The notes beneath the pieces were generated by a model. It was not told the DNA's origin, ran no database searches, and saw only the letters and a list, made by a program, of their open reading frames with translations. Position numbers and translations under genes: made by a program. Source: an uncultured Acidimicrobiia bacterium (GTDB lineage Bacteria > Actinomycetota > Acidimicrobiia > Acidimicrobiales > AC-14). Taken from it: 64,000 bases of DNA. The DNA lies in contig CAWIIV010000013.1 in assembly GCA_963836205.1 (NCBI GenBank), positions 1 to 64,000 on the forward strand, given 5' to 3'. Shown here one piece after another: positions 30,283-40,188 of this stretch. Position 1 is the stretch's first letter; each line of letters begins with the position of its first letter.

Positions 30283-30471
30283 ATGGCGAACGAGCCGGGA
30301 CGACTCGACACCCCGTTGCTCGACGAGTGGATCGCGGAGGTTGGTGAGGATGGTGTTGCCGCCGAGGTCCGCTCGACCGAGCGCGCTGTCAGCGCGGGAC
30401 TGATCCCAAGCCACGGCGATGCGATCTCCCTCCTGCGCTCTTGGAGGCGGGGTCGGCGCCAGTCGGCGTGA
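30283..30471 (+). CDS. Putative antitoxin (62 aa)
   Basis: Small ORF, TAGTAT 7 nt before ATG, GTGA-coupled to a RelE-like ORF. Confidence 0.5.
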   Translation: MANEPGRLDTPLLDEWIAEVGEDGVAAEVRSTERAVSAGLIPSHGDAISLLRSWRRGRRQSA

Positions 30472-30719
30472 CCTGGCGGGTCGCAACGGGCGAGCGCGCC
30501 TGGTCTGACATCGAGCGCTTCGACGAAGCAGACCAGGCAGCCATCGCGGACGCTCTCTTTGCCTGGCTGGAGCGTGGCCCTCCTCGGGGAGAGTCCCGCG
30601 TTGTCGGTGGTGTCGAGGTGTTCGAAGTCGAGATCGCCTCGGGTTTCCGAGCGACATACTTCGTCAAGGAATCGGAACGATACGTGGCTGTCTTCCGCGT
30701 GCGACACGTGCCCGGATGA
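30468..30719 (+). CDS. Putative RelE/ParE-superfamily toxin (83 aa)
   Basis: WRV...RAWSDIERF..ADQAAI...GP...FRATY.V....VAVFRVRH fits the RelE topology. Confidence 0.5.
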   Translation: MTWRVATGERAWSDIERFDEADQAAIADALFAWLERGPPRGESRVVGGVEVFEVEIASGFRATYFVKESERYVAVFRVRHVPG

Positions 30720-30736
30720 ACGATTCGGTGGCGCGG

Positions 30737-31473
30737 TCACGTTTCGCTTGACGGCGCAGGCACGGGAACGGCGAAGACCTGGCCCGGGAAGATCAAATCG
30801 GCGTTGCCCGGGTCGGCCAACTCGGCTCGGTTGGCCTCGACCAGGCGGAGCCAGTAGGGGACGATCTCGGCGTCCGTGGGTGCTCGACCCCAGGAGCGGT
30901 GGAGCACGTCGTCGGCGATGGTCCAGAAGCAGTCGCCCGGTTGGACGGTCCACCGGTCGGAGACGTCGACATCGGCTCGTTGGGCGGGGGGCGGTGGCGA
31001 GTCGGATGGGGGGAGGCGGACCATGGTGATCGTCGTCGGCGCGGTCGGCACCGACGTCGCGGGCTGGCGACGGAGGTGGCGGTGGCCGGCTGGGCGGCGG
31101 CCGCGGCCAAGGTGCCGGAGGGGCCGATCCCGGCCAGGGTGAGGGTGAGCGAACCCGCGAGGAGATGACGGATGGGGGCGACCGTTACCCGGTCGGCGAC
31201 CGCCACCAGAAGGTCGGCCCGGAACAGGCGGAGGAGGGCGCCGACGACGGTGGCGCCGGCCAGGTACCAGCTCCCGGCCACCGCCAGCAGCCGGAGGATG
31301 GCGAAGCCGGCCTCGGCCGGCTCCCGTGCCTCAACCCACGCCTGCCACCGGGACGGAGCGCCGAGCGGGGGCGGCGAGAGGGCGCCGTGCCCGCTGGCCG
31401 ACAGGGCGAGCAGGGCCATCCCGATGCCGATCGTCCACGCCGCGGGGTGGACGAGCCGCCCGGTACGGCTCAC
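30737..31473 (-). CDS. Membrane-anchored LysM domain protein (frameshift near 31050)
   Basis: N-terminal TM helices; C-terminal WTVQPGDCFWTIA...N.....NADLIFPGQVF LysM in a shifted frame. Confidence 0.8.
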
Positions 31474-32873
31474 GGTGTGGGCCGGGGCAGGCGGACGACC
31501 TGTGGCGGCAGCTCACCTCGCTCGACCACCAGCTCGTGGCACCCGTCCCGGTCGACGTCGGCGGCCCGCACCGCCTGGCCTCCGGGCACCCTCGCCACCG
31601 CCGCACCCGTGACCGACTCCCGGGTGCCCACCGCCCATCCGTCGAAGCGGAACACCTCGCCGGTGGACGGCCGCAGGACCACGACTGTGCGGCTGCCCCG
31701 GCACGACCAGTCTCCGGTGGCGATCTGGTCGCCCGCCCGACCGACTTCCCATCGCAGCCCTGCTCCCTCGAGGATCCCGTCGGCGTAGCGGAGGGCGTCG
31801 AGGCAGCCATCGCCGTCGACGTCGGCGAGAAGGATTGCCGCCGGGGCGGGGCAATCGGGTCGCCGGCGCGGGGATGGTGCTCGACGAGGGCGGCGGCGCG
31901 GCGGTAGTGGTGGTCGACGACGACAGTCGGGTGGATGGCGTCGGCACGGTGGCCGACGTCAGCCCGGTCTCGTCGGCCGCGGGCGACGACCACGGTGCCG
32001 ACGACGAGCAGCGCGGCCGCGGCAATGGCGACTGCTCCGGCCAGCGCCGATCGCCCCGGAAACCGTCGCCGACGAGGTGTCGCCAACCGGCGAGAGGGTC
32101 GCCGGACGTCACCCGGCGGTACCGGTGCGTCGCCCGGGTACGCCGGCTGCCCGACGCCGACCTGCTCGCCAGCCTCGGTCTGCCGGTGGGTGCCAAGCAG
32201 GACGCGGCGGGACCGGCTCTCGACGGGCAGCGCCGCTCGCCGTCGGCGGCCGCGGTCGACCCGGGCGCCGGCGACCAACGACCGCAGATCGTGTGCGGGG
32301 TCGACGCCGTTCGTCGCCGACCGTGGTGGCGAGGGCAGGCGCGGCTTCCGGGACCGCCGCCGCGATCTCAGCCGCGACCTCCTGGGCCGATGGCCGGGCG
32401 GCGGGGTCCTCGGAGATGGCCGCCTCTGCGATGCGGCGCAACGGGCGGGCCTCGGGCCCGGTGGCCAGCCGGCGGAGGAGACGGCCGAGGGCGGCCACGT
32501 CGGTGGACGGTTGGAGCTCGTCGCCGGCCCGCCCGGCCGACCCGAACCCGCAGAGGATCGGCCGCCCGTCGGATGCGATCAGGACGTGTTCGGGGCGGAC
32601 CGCGCCGTGGACGAGGCCCAGCTGGTGGAGGTCGGCGAGAGTCGTGGCCAGGGACCCGGCCAGCCCCGCCACCTCCTCGACCGCCAGCGGCAACGGCGTC
32701 GCCAGCGTCGGTCCGTCGACGAGCACGGTCACCAGCACCGGCCGCTCGGCGCTGCCCTCCACCCCCACCACCTCGATGACGCCCGGGTGGCGGGCCGCGG
32801 TCAGCAGCTCGGCCTGTAGGCGGATGCCCTCCGCACCACCCGGCCCAGAGGCGACCTTACGGTGTATTTCCAT
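31470..32873 (-). CDS. Pseudokinase-TM-FG-GAP-like protein (several frameshifts)
   Basis: Kinase-fold remnants (HPGVIEV, LHQLGLVHGAVRPEHVL, CGFG, DVAALG, DPAARPS), TM helix, Ser/Thr linker, DVDGDGC and DVDRDGC motifs across shifted frames. Confidence 0.6.
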
Positions 32874-32882
32874 AGTATTCCA

Positions 32883-33458
32883 CTATAGACCACAGGATCC
32901 GGCTGTCGCATCCTGTTCGGGGCCCGCCACCGACGTGGCCCGCACCGACGCCGCGTCCGGTCCGCCGGGGAGGGCCTTGGCGAACACGTACGACACCTGG
33001 GAGGAGGCGGACACCCGCACCGTCCACGGGCAGCCGGCCCGCGCCGGCGGGCTGGCGCTGGCCTGCACCTCCAGTCCCTGGTGGCGGGACTCGTCGATGG
33101 CCAGCCGAACCCGTTCGATCGCCACCGCCTCGACCGCGGCCGGGTCGAGCGCGATGCGGTCGTCGCGGTAGAACGCCTGGCCGTCGACGCCCTCGCCGGC
33201 GGCGTCGTTGGCCGCGGCCGCGGTCGCGTTGGCCAGCTCCCGCTGGGCGAGGAAGGCGATCGACGAGTCGACCGTGATCGCGGCCAGGACCATCACGATC
33301 AGCACCGCCGCCGGGAAGAGGAGCAGGACGCTGCCTCGCTGGCCGGGCCGCTCAGCCACGGCCGGCCCCGCCCGCGACTGCCGAGCGCAACCGGTGGCCC
33401 GGCCGCCGGCCAAAGCCACACCGGCCGACGGCCAAAGGACGCCGGCCCGCCCGCTCAC
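32883..33458 (-). CDS. TadG-like pseudopilin
   Basis: QRG/SVLLLFPAAVLIVMVLAAITVD...QRELANATAAAANDAA; start uncertain (33458 or 33359). Confidence 0.72.
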   Translation of the reverse strand: MSGRAGVLWPSAGVALAGGRATGCARQSRAGPAVAERPGQRGSVLLLFPAAVLIVMVLAAITVDSSIAFLAQRELANATAAAANDAAGEGVDGQAFYRDDRIALDPAAVEAVAIERVRLAIDESRHQGLEVQASASPPARAGCPWTVRVSASSQVSYVFAKALPGGPDAASVRATSVAGPEQDATAGSCGL

Positions 33459-33982
33459 CCACGGTCGCATCGCGCCGCGGCCGAGGGGACGCCGTCGCGG
33501 TAGGGGTCGACGACCTCGGCGTGGCGGGCGGCGGCGGTGAAGCCGGCCCCCCCGCCGCCGATGAACGGCAGGCCCACCGCCGGCACCTGGTACCGGGCCT
33601 CGAACCGGACGACCTGGCAGCGGGTGAAGCCGGACTCAAGCGCCTGCAACTCCATCCGGTCGGGATCGCGGCCATGTCCCCGCACCGCCTCCCGGGCCGC
33701 GGCCTCGGCCCGCGCCATTGGGTCGGACCCCTCCGGGGCTTCGACGTAGGCCCGGGTGGCCTCCCGGGCGGCGGCCGACATCGCCATCTTGGCGTCGATC
33801 ACCGCCCACCCGTTGGCCGCCAGCAGGACGCCGACCACGAACGTCAGCAGCCCGAACACGATCGCCTCCAGCCCCGCCGCCTGCCCCGACTCGCCCCGCC
33901 CCGACTCGCCCCGCCCCGACTCGCCCTGCCCCGACTCGCCCCGGCCCGAATCGCCCCGGCCCGACTCGCCCCGCCCCGTCAC
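33455..33982 (-). CDS. TadE-like pseudopilin
   Basis: ESG/QAAGLE hydrophobic helix, AAAREATRA, VVDPYR. Confidence 0.75.
   Translation of the reverse strand: MTGRGESGRGDSGRGESGQGESGRGESGRGESGQAAGLEAIVFGLLTFVVGVLLAANGWAVIDAKMAMSAAAREATRAYVEAPEGSDPMARAEAAAREAVRGHGRDPDRMELQALESGFTRCQVVRFEARYQVPAVGLPFIGGGGAGFTAAARHAEVVDPYRDGVPSAAARCDRG
33884..33973. repeat. 6 x 15-bp tandem repeat encoding (R/Q)G(E/D)SG
   Basis: CCCCGACTCGCCCCG units in the leader of the TadE-like gene. Confidence 0.9.
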
Positions 33983-34476
33983 CGTTCAGATCCAGTCGGA
34001 ACGTCGGTCTGCTGGAACGCCTCCACCCGCACCCGGATCGTGCGGTCGATCTGGTCGAACGCCAACGGCCCCGCCATCGCCGGCAACAGCCGCGTCGGGT
34101 TCTGCGCCCGCACCGAGAGGACCACGAACTCCCCGCCCGACCCGCTCCAATCGAACGTCACTCGCTCCCCGTACCGCCCGAGCGCCCGCCGGGCGTCCGC
34201 CTCCGCCTGGGCCACGTTCCCGGTCCCGCCATCTGCCACCGCCACCCGTCGGGCCGCGTCGTACGCGACCGCGGTGACCACCGAGGTCGCGTACAAGTTG
34301 AACAACGCCTGCACCGCGAACAGCAGCAATCCCAGAAAGACCAGGAGGGCCAACCAGGACGAAATGGGACCGCTCCCGCGCTCCGAGCGGAAAAGGGCCG
34401 TCCGAGCCGACCACGAGCACGACCGCCACTGCCCGCAGGCGGCTCGGACGAATCCTCGCCGGGCCAGGCCCGGCAC
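33979..34476 (-). CDS. TadE-like pseudopilin
   Basis: SERG/SG then hydrophobic helix, AVAYDAARRVA. Confidence 0.7.
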   Translation of the reverse strand: MPGLARRGFVRAACGQWRSCSWSARTALFRSERGSGPISSWLALLVFLGLLLFAVQALFNLYATSVVTAVAYDAARRVAVADGGTGNVAQAEADARRALGRYGERVTFDWSGSGGEFVVLSVRAQNPTRLLPAMAGPLAFDQIDRTIRVRVEAFQQTDVPTGSER

Positions 34477-34483
34477 CCTCCGC

Positions 34484-34696
34484 CTACCTTCCGATGGAGT
34501 CGATCTGGGTCGACGTCTGGCTGCTGGCATTGCCCCAGATGTTCTGGAACCCGACCCACATGAGCGCGCCCAGGGCGGCGAAGATCAGCACCGCGATGGC
34601 GGAGGAGACCACGCCTTCACCGCGCTCGTCGCGGGCGGTCACCGTGGTCGTGAGGCACCGGGCCCAGACGTAGGCCCGCATGAGCTGCTCCTGCAA
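34484..34696 (-). CDS. Flp/Fap major pilin
   Basis: 70 aa, strong SD AAAGGAG, DERG/EG cleavage site then one hydrophobic helix. Confidence 0.72.
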   Translation of the reverse strand: MQEQLMRAYVWARCLTTTVTARDERGEGVVSSAIAVLIFAALGALMWVGFQNIWGNASSQTSTQIDSIGR

Positions 34697-34730
34697 TTTG
34701 AAACTCCTTTCGCGTGTTACGACTCGTTTG

Positions 34731-35648
34731 TTAGGACGACGAGAAGAGGCTGAGTGCCTCGAGGAACGGGATGGCGATGAAGACCACCCCCGGCAGGAGG
34801 GCGGCGATGGTGACCGGGATCCACACCTGTTGGCCCCGGCGTTCGGCGGTCTCGATCAGGCGCCGTTGAAGGTCGCGGCGGATGGCCCGAGCCTCCTCCG
34901 ACAGCAGCCGGCCGAGGTCGCTCGCCTCCCGGTTGAGGGCGAGCACCGGCAGCAGCCGATGGAGGGCCTCGACATCGGCCACCGCGGCCCATTCCCGCAG
35001 GGCTTCCGTCTCGGTGAGCCCCTGGCGGAGGCGGGCGCACACCCGGCCCAGGTCGGAGGCGGCCGCACCCCGTCCTCGGGCCGCCAACCGGTTGAGGGCT
35101 GCGCCCAGCGAGTAGCCGGCGGACAGGAGCATGGCCAGCTGCTCGGCCACCACCGGCAACTCCACCATCAGCCGCCGCTTCCACTGCTCGGACGCCGATG
35201 CCACCTGCTGCTCGACGATGAGGAACGCCAGCAGCGGCCCGCCCAGGACGAACAGCAGGGCCACCACCGCCGGCGGCCGGGCAGTAGCGGCCAGCATCGA
35301 GCCGACGACGAATCCGACGCCGCTCCATCCGAGCTGACGGACCCGGAAGGCGGTGACGTCGAGCGGTGAATGGATGCGCTGCAACCGGGTGGCGAGGTCC
35401 TCGGTGACGCCGAACACGGCCGCCACCCGCTCGCCCAGGGCCCGGCTCAAGGGCCGGATGACCTCCCGGAACGACTCCACCGACAGCACGCCCTCGCGCC
35501 GCCGCCGAGCGCCCAGGCCGCCGGGGGAGTACGGCCGTAGGCGCTCGACGAGGGTGGGACGGGCGAACCAGCGCAGCTCGGAGAGCACCAGCGTCGTGCC
35601 CGCCCACAGGGCCAGCCCCAACGCGACGGCGAGGCGGGCGTCAGTCAA
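34731..35648 (-). CDS. TadC-like pilus platform protein
   Basis: ELPVVAEQLAMLLSAG, EEARAIR, IPVTIAALLPG (T2SSF-like). Confidence 0.85.
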   Translation of the reverse strand: MTDARLAVALGLALWAGTTLVLSELRWFARPTLVERLRPYSPGGLGARRRREGVLSVESFREVIRPLSRALGERVAAVFGVTEDLATRLQRIHSPLDVTAFRVRQLGWSGVGFVVGSMLAATARPPAVVALLFVLGGPLLAFLIVEQQVASASEQWKRRLMVELPVVAEQLAMLLSAGYSLGAALNRLAARGRGAAASDLGRVCARLRQGLTETEALREWAAVADVEALHRLLPVLALNREASDLGRLLSEEARAIRRDLQRRLIETAERRGQQVWIPVTIAALLPGVVFIAIPFLEALSLFSSS

Positions 35649-36528
35649 CGAACACCCGCTCCTCCTCCGGCAGCCGCAGGAGCCGGCCCGACCACAGCCA
35701 GCAGGCGCCGACCATGGCCACCGCGAACACCGTCGCCATCTGGCCGAACGGGGTGCCGTAGGCGGCCCGGGCGTTGCCGATGGTGAGCCCGCACAGGGCC
35801 ATCCCCACCGGGACGAACAACACGAAGCGGCGGGCGAACTTGACCCCGGCCTGCTTCGACGCCGCGTCCTTGCGCCCGTGGACATCGGCCACCCGGTCCT
35901 CGACCAGGGCCGCCAGCCGGCGCTGGACGTCGCTGCCGCCGACCTCGTGCGCCACCAGGAGCGTCTCGCAGGCGGCGTCGGCGGTGGCGTCGGCCAGGCC
36001 CGCCTTGAGCACCCCGACGCTGCGGGCGAAGTCGGTGGTGACGAGCCAGGTCCGCGACGCGGCCTCGAACGCGGGCTGCATCTCCTCCGGACCACCCCGT
36101 CCCACCTCGAAGAGGGCCTGCGGGATCGATCGGCCGAGCGAGCCGGTGAGGAGGGCGATCTCCTCGATCATGCGGGGCCACCCCTCGGCGGCCCGCCGGC
36201 GGCGCTGCCGGCGCCGGCTGCGGTAGGACGCGCCCGGGTACGTGGCGGCGAACGCACCCACGGCCAGGGCCGGGAGGAAGGCGCCGAAGACGGCGAAGGT
36301 GAGCCCGGTGCCCACCACGAGGAGCAGCCCCATCACGCCCAGGAACTCGGATGGCTTCACCCCGTCGAGGCCGGCCTGCACCAGCCACTGCTCCGCCCGC
36401 CGCCGGCGCACTCGGCGACCCGGGCGGCGGGGGCCGACGCCGACGCCCTCCCACCCGAGAACCAACGCGGTGTACAGGAAAAACACCCCGCAGGCCCCGG
36501 CGACGGCGATCAGCAGCGGCGGCATCAC
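35641..36528 (-). CDS. TadB-like pilus platform protein
   Basis: WPRMIEEI...GRSIPQAL, AHEVGG, AYGTPFGQ, RLPEEERVF. Confidence 0.85.
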   Translation of the reverse strand: MMPPLLIAVAGACGVFFLYTALVLGWEGVGVGPRRPGRRVRRRRAEQWLVQAGLDGVKPSEFLGVMGLLLVVGTGLTFAVFGAFLPALAVGAFAATYPGASYRSRRRQRRRRAAEGWPRMIEEIALLTGSLGRSIPQALFEVGRGGPEEMQPAFEAASRTWLVTTDFARSVGVLKAGLADATADAACETLLVAHEVGGSDVQRRLAALVEDRVADVHGRKDAASKQAGVKFARRFVLFVPVGMALCGLTIGNARAAYGTPFGQMATVFAVAMVGACWLWSGRLLRLPEEERVFVD

Positions 36529-37901
36529 TGCTCCCGGAGCCGGTTGACGGTGCCGGCGGGCGGGCGCCCGAGGCCGGTGACGACCCGGGGCCGCGTAGGG
36601 GCGGCCCGCCGTTCGGCGTCGGGATCGAGGAGCAGGCGGACGTCGTAGCCGGCCTCGGATAAGGCCCGGGCGGCCCGGACGGGCAGGTTGCCGGTCCATT
36701 CGAGACGCTCGTCGACGGTCGGCCGGGCGAACAGCTCGGTGACGGTGAACTGCATCGCGTCCGGCCCCACCTGCAGTTCCTCCACCGCCACCACCTCGTG
36801 GACCCGGACCTTCCCCCGGACCCGGCTGCAGTGGACGACGACGTCGATGGCCTCGCTCACTAGGGCGCTCAACGCCGACATGGGCAGCTCGTTGGACGTG
36901 TCGGCCAGCTGGCAGATGAAGCGCAGCCGGGTGAGGGCCTGGCGGGCGGAGCCGGCGTGGATGGTCGTGAACCCCTTGACGCCCGACGACAGGGTGAGCA
37001 GCAGCGGCAGGGCCTCCCGGTCGCGGACCTCGCCCACCACGGCGATGTCGGGGGCCATGCGCAGGAACCCCGAAACCAGCCGGCGCAGGTCGACCTCCCG
37101 TCGATCCTGGCGGGCGGGGCGGGTCTGCATGCTGGCCACGTTCGGAAGCGGCAGGTCGGCCTCGAACACCTCCTCCGCGACCACGACCCGCAGCGTGGGG
37201 TCGAGCTCGGCCGCGCAGCACGACAGGAGTGTGGTCTTGCCCGACCCCGGCGCCCCCGAGAAGATCATCGACAGCCGGGACCGCACGCAGGCCCGCAGGA
37301 AGTCGGCCACCCGGGTGTCGAGCATGTCGAGCTCGACCAGCTCGTCCAGGGAGCGGAACGGGATCCCGGTGAACTTCCGGATGTTCACCAGCGTGTGGCC
37401 GTCGCGCCCCACGTCGCCGTGGACGATGTGGAGCCGGGCGCCGGTCTCGAGCTGGGCGTCCTGCAGACCCTCGGCGGGGTCGAGCTTGCGATGGCTGCCC
37501 GACGCGTCGTCGAGGATCTTGGTGAGGGTGCGCACGACGTGCTCGTCGTCGTTGAACACCTCGTCGTGGTAGCTGCTCGGTCCCTGGTGCCTCTTGACGA
37601 AAATCTGGTCCGGGCCGTTGATCATGATCTCCCACACGTCGTCGTCGGCGAGGAGGGGCTCCAGCGGTCCGTAGCCGGCGAGGTTGCGGTAGGCCCGGGT
37701 GGCCACCAGTGCGGGTTCGGCGAGGTCGAAGGCCCGCAGGCCCCGCTTGAAGTCGCGCGACCAGCCCGCGACCTCGTCGTCGACCAGGGCGCGCAGCCGG
37801 GCTCGGCCGTCGTCGTCGGCCATGTCGAGGGCGAGGTCGCCGGCTCGCTCCTGGACCCGTCGCTCGATCTCCTGGAGCGGCGACAGCTCGCTCGCCCCCA
37901 T
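36525..37901 (-). CDS. CpaF/TadA pilus assembly ATPase
   Basis: GYGPLEPLLADDDVWEIMING, NIRKF, GAPGSGKTTLL, LRMAPD..VVGEVR, TTIHAGSA. Confidence 0.93.
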   Translation of the reverse strand: MGASELSPLQEIERRVQERAGDLALDMADDDGRARLRALVDDEVAGWSRDFKRGLRAFDLAEPALVATRAYRNLAGYGPLEPLLADDDVWEIMINGPDQIFVKRHQGPSSYHDEVFNDDEHVVRTLTKILDDASGSHRKLDPAEGLQDAQLETGARLHIVHGDVGRDGHTLVNIRKFTGIPFRSLDELVELDMLDTRVADFLRACVRSRLSMIFSGAPGSGKTTLLSCCAAELDPTLRVVVAEEVFEADLPLPNVASMQTRPARQDRREVDLRRLVSGFLRMAPDIAVVGEVRDREALPLLLTLSSGVKGFTTIHAGSARQALTRLRFICQLADTSNELPMSALSALVSEAIDVVVHCSRVRGKVRVHEVVAVEELQVGPDAMQFTVTELFARPTVDERLEWTGNLPVRAARALSEAGYDVRLLLDPDAERRAAPTRPRVVTGLGRPPAGTVNRLREQ

Positions 37902-39221
37902 CAGACCGCGGCCTCGTCGTCGGCCCACCGGCCGAGGGACCCGGGCCGGACCCGCTCACCACCCGGGGTGCCGGTACCGCTTTCGCTGCCGAAGGCCCGC
38001 TCGGTGGCTCGTTCGAGTACCGCGTTGAGCGCTCCCGCCAGCGGCGCGCCGAGGACGGCCGGTAGGCGGCGGCCGTCGTGGAGATCGCTCTCGATGTCGC
38101 GCTCGGGCAGGTGGACGGGGCTGGCGAGGAAGGCGCCGGTGGCGGCCCCGGCCAACTCGGCGACGGCCGTGCCCAGGCCGGCCCGGGCCCGGGGCGAGCG
38201 GGAGGAACGGTTGAAGACGGGCACGATGCGGTGGGCGGGGACGCCGAACGCGATCAGGTCGGTGATCACCCGCACCAGGCCGTGGACGCCCTTGAGCGTC
38301 GGCCCGCCGATGACGAACACCACGTCGGCCCGGGACGCGGCGGTGCGGGCCATGACGTTGCGCTCCTCCACGTCGATCGAGCCCCCGCCGTCCTCCCCTT
38401 CGAGGTCGGGATCGATGTCGCACACGACCGCCCGGTAGGCCCGGCCCAGGGTGTCGAAGGCAGCCTCGAACGCCTGCGGGCGCAGGGCGGGCCAGAAGCG
38501 GGGCCGGCGCAGTCCGAGCAGCAGGTGGTAGCGGCGCTCGTCGACCCCCCACGCCAGGCCTCGGGCGGCGTCGATCGACGGCTGGCCCGAGCGGTGGGCC
38601 TCGACCAGCTCCTGGATGCCGGGGGACACGTCGCGGACGTCGTGGAGCATGGCCAGCTCGGCATTGAGACGGAGGTCGGCCAGCAGGACGGTGCCCAGCG
38701 CCTTCACGTCGTCGCCCAGGGACTGGGCCAGGGCCATGGCCGCGGTGGACGCACCCGTCCCGCCGGGACCGGTGACCGCGGCCACCGTCCCCCGCCACGA
38801 CGCGAGCGGCGGACGGGCCAGCAGGTCGGCGGGGGCCGCGTCGCCCCGCCGGATGGTGCGGGCGCAGGCGGAGAGGGCGGTGACGAGCTCGTCGCGGGTG
38901 AACGACGGGCGACAGCACGCGGGCCGCGCCCAGGGCCTGCCAGTCGCGGGTGGCCCGCCCGTCGTCGACCACGAGGACGGCGCAGTCGGCAGCGGCGGCC
39001 GCGGCCAGCAGGTCGCGGTCGACGGTGGGCAGGCCGGCGTCGGCCACCAGGGCCGAGAACGGGCGCCCCGACGCCAGCCGGGCCCGGGCCTCCTCGGCCG
39101 AGACGCACTTGAGGAACTCGGCCGGCAGGGCACCCGACGTCGCCCACACGCCCACCGACCGGAACCACGCGGCCCGGGGCGGCGCCAGCCCCAGCACCAC
39201 GAAGCGCTCGCCGGGGATCAC
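37901..39221 (-). CDS. CpaE/TadZ-like (receiver-like + MinD-like) protein; frameshift near 38905
   Basis: Degenerate receiver N-terminus; AVTGPGGTGAST deviant Walker A, LLADL, VVCDID, VFNR. Confidence 0.72.
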
Positions 39222-39973
39222 GGGCCGGGCGCCCGGTAGGTGGGTGCGACCCCGGCGCCGTCGGCGGGCGTGGCCCCGGTGGTGCGGACGACGGTGACCT
39301 TGGCCACCTGGGTCGCGTGACCGAGGGCGAGCGCGCCGGCCGGGTCGGTGACGGCCACCGTCACGAACACGGGGCTGGTCTCGCCCACGCCGACCCGGGT
39401 GCGGTCTACGGTGATGACGGGCAGGTCGCGGCCGGCGACGAGGGTGTAGGCGTCGTCGCCCGTGCCGTAGGTGGCGAGGAGATCGATGCGCTCGCCGTCG
39501 CGGATGGTGGGCCCGATGCGACCCCGCTCCACCGTGAACGTGAGCTCGCGGCTGCCGGCGGTTGTACCTCCGGCGATGACGGCGCTGACCTGGACCAGCT
39601 CGCCCGCTCCCACGGGGGCGAGGAGGGTGGACCCGGCCAGGAGCGCCGGGTCGTCGAAGGCGCGCGCCCGCAGGCCGGGTGGCAGCTCGATGCGTTGCAG
39701 GGCCAGGTCGCCAGGCTCGAGCCGGGCGCCGGCGGTGAGCGCCCGCTGGGCGACCACGTAGGGATGCCCCGGCTGACGTCCGGCCGTGGTGGCCGCCGAG
39801 AACAGCCCGACCCCCGCCGCCGCCACCAGGACGCCGCCGACCACCGCCCGGCTGCCGGGCAACCCCCGCCGCCGCTGCACGTTCCGGCCGCCGGTGGCGT
39901 CGCCATTCCCACTCCCGCCGCCGCCGTCGATGGACCCATCGCGTCGCGCTCGCGTCGCCGTTCTCGTCGCCAC
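39218..39973 (-). CDS. SAF-domain CpaB/RcpC-like protein
   Basis: TM helix, YVVAQRALTAGARLEPGDL, APVGAGELV, GERIDLLATY. Confidence 0.8.
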   Translation of the reverse strand: MATRTATRARRDGSIDGGGGSGNGDATGGRNVQRRRGLPGSRAVVGGVLVAAAGVGLFSAATTAGRQPGHPYVVAQRALTAGARLEPGDLALQRIELPPGLRARAFDDPALLAGSTLLAPVGAGELVQVSAVIAGGTTAGSRELTFTVERGRIGPTIRDGERIDLLATYGTGDDAYTLVAGRDLPVITVDRTRVGVGETSPVFVTVAVTDPAGALALGHATQVAKVTVVRTTGATPADGAGVAPTYRAPGP

Positions 39974-40060
39974 CTTCGCTCCCCCCGGCGCCAGTGTCGT
40001 GCATTTGGTCCGCTGCGTGAACCGACCCCAAGGATATGAAAGGCCATGGAACGCACACAA

Positions 40061-40101
40061 GGGGATAACCCTGAGGATTTTCTCGGGAGAACCTGTGGAT
40101 T
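40061..40101. promoter_or_regulatory. Phased direct repeats (DnaA-box-like) in the divergent tad / HTH promoter
   Basis: GGA(T/G) cores at 40063, 40075, 40086 and 40097 (spacing 12, 11, 11). Confidence 0.35.
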
Positions 40102-40188
40102 GCGTCGCTCCGGCCGCCTTTGGACGTCGAGCGTGTGAAAGCTCATGAGATCCCACAAATGAGCGAGGGAGCGCAGTACGATCAGGAC

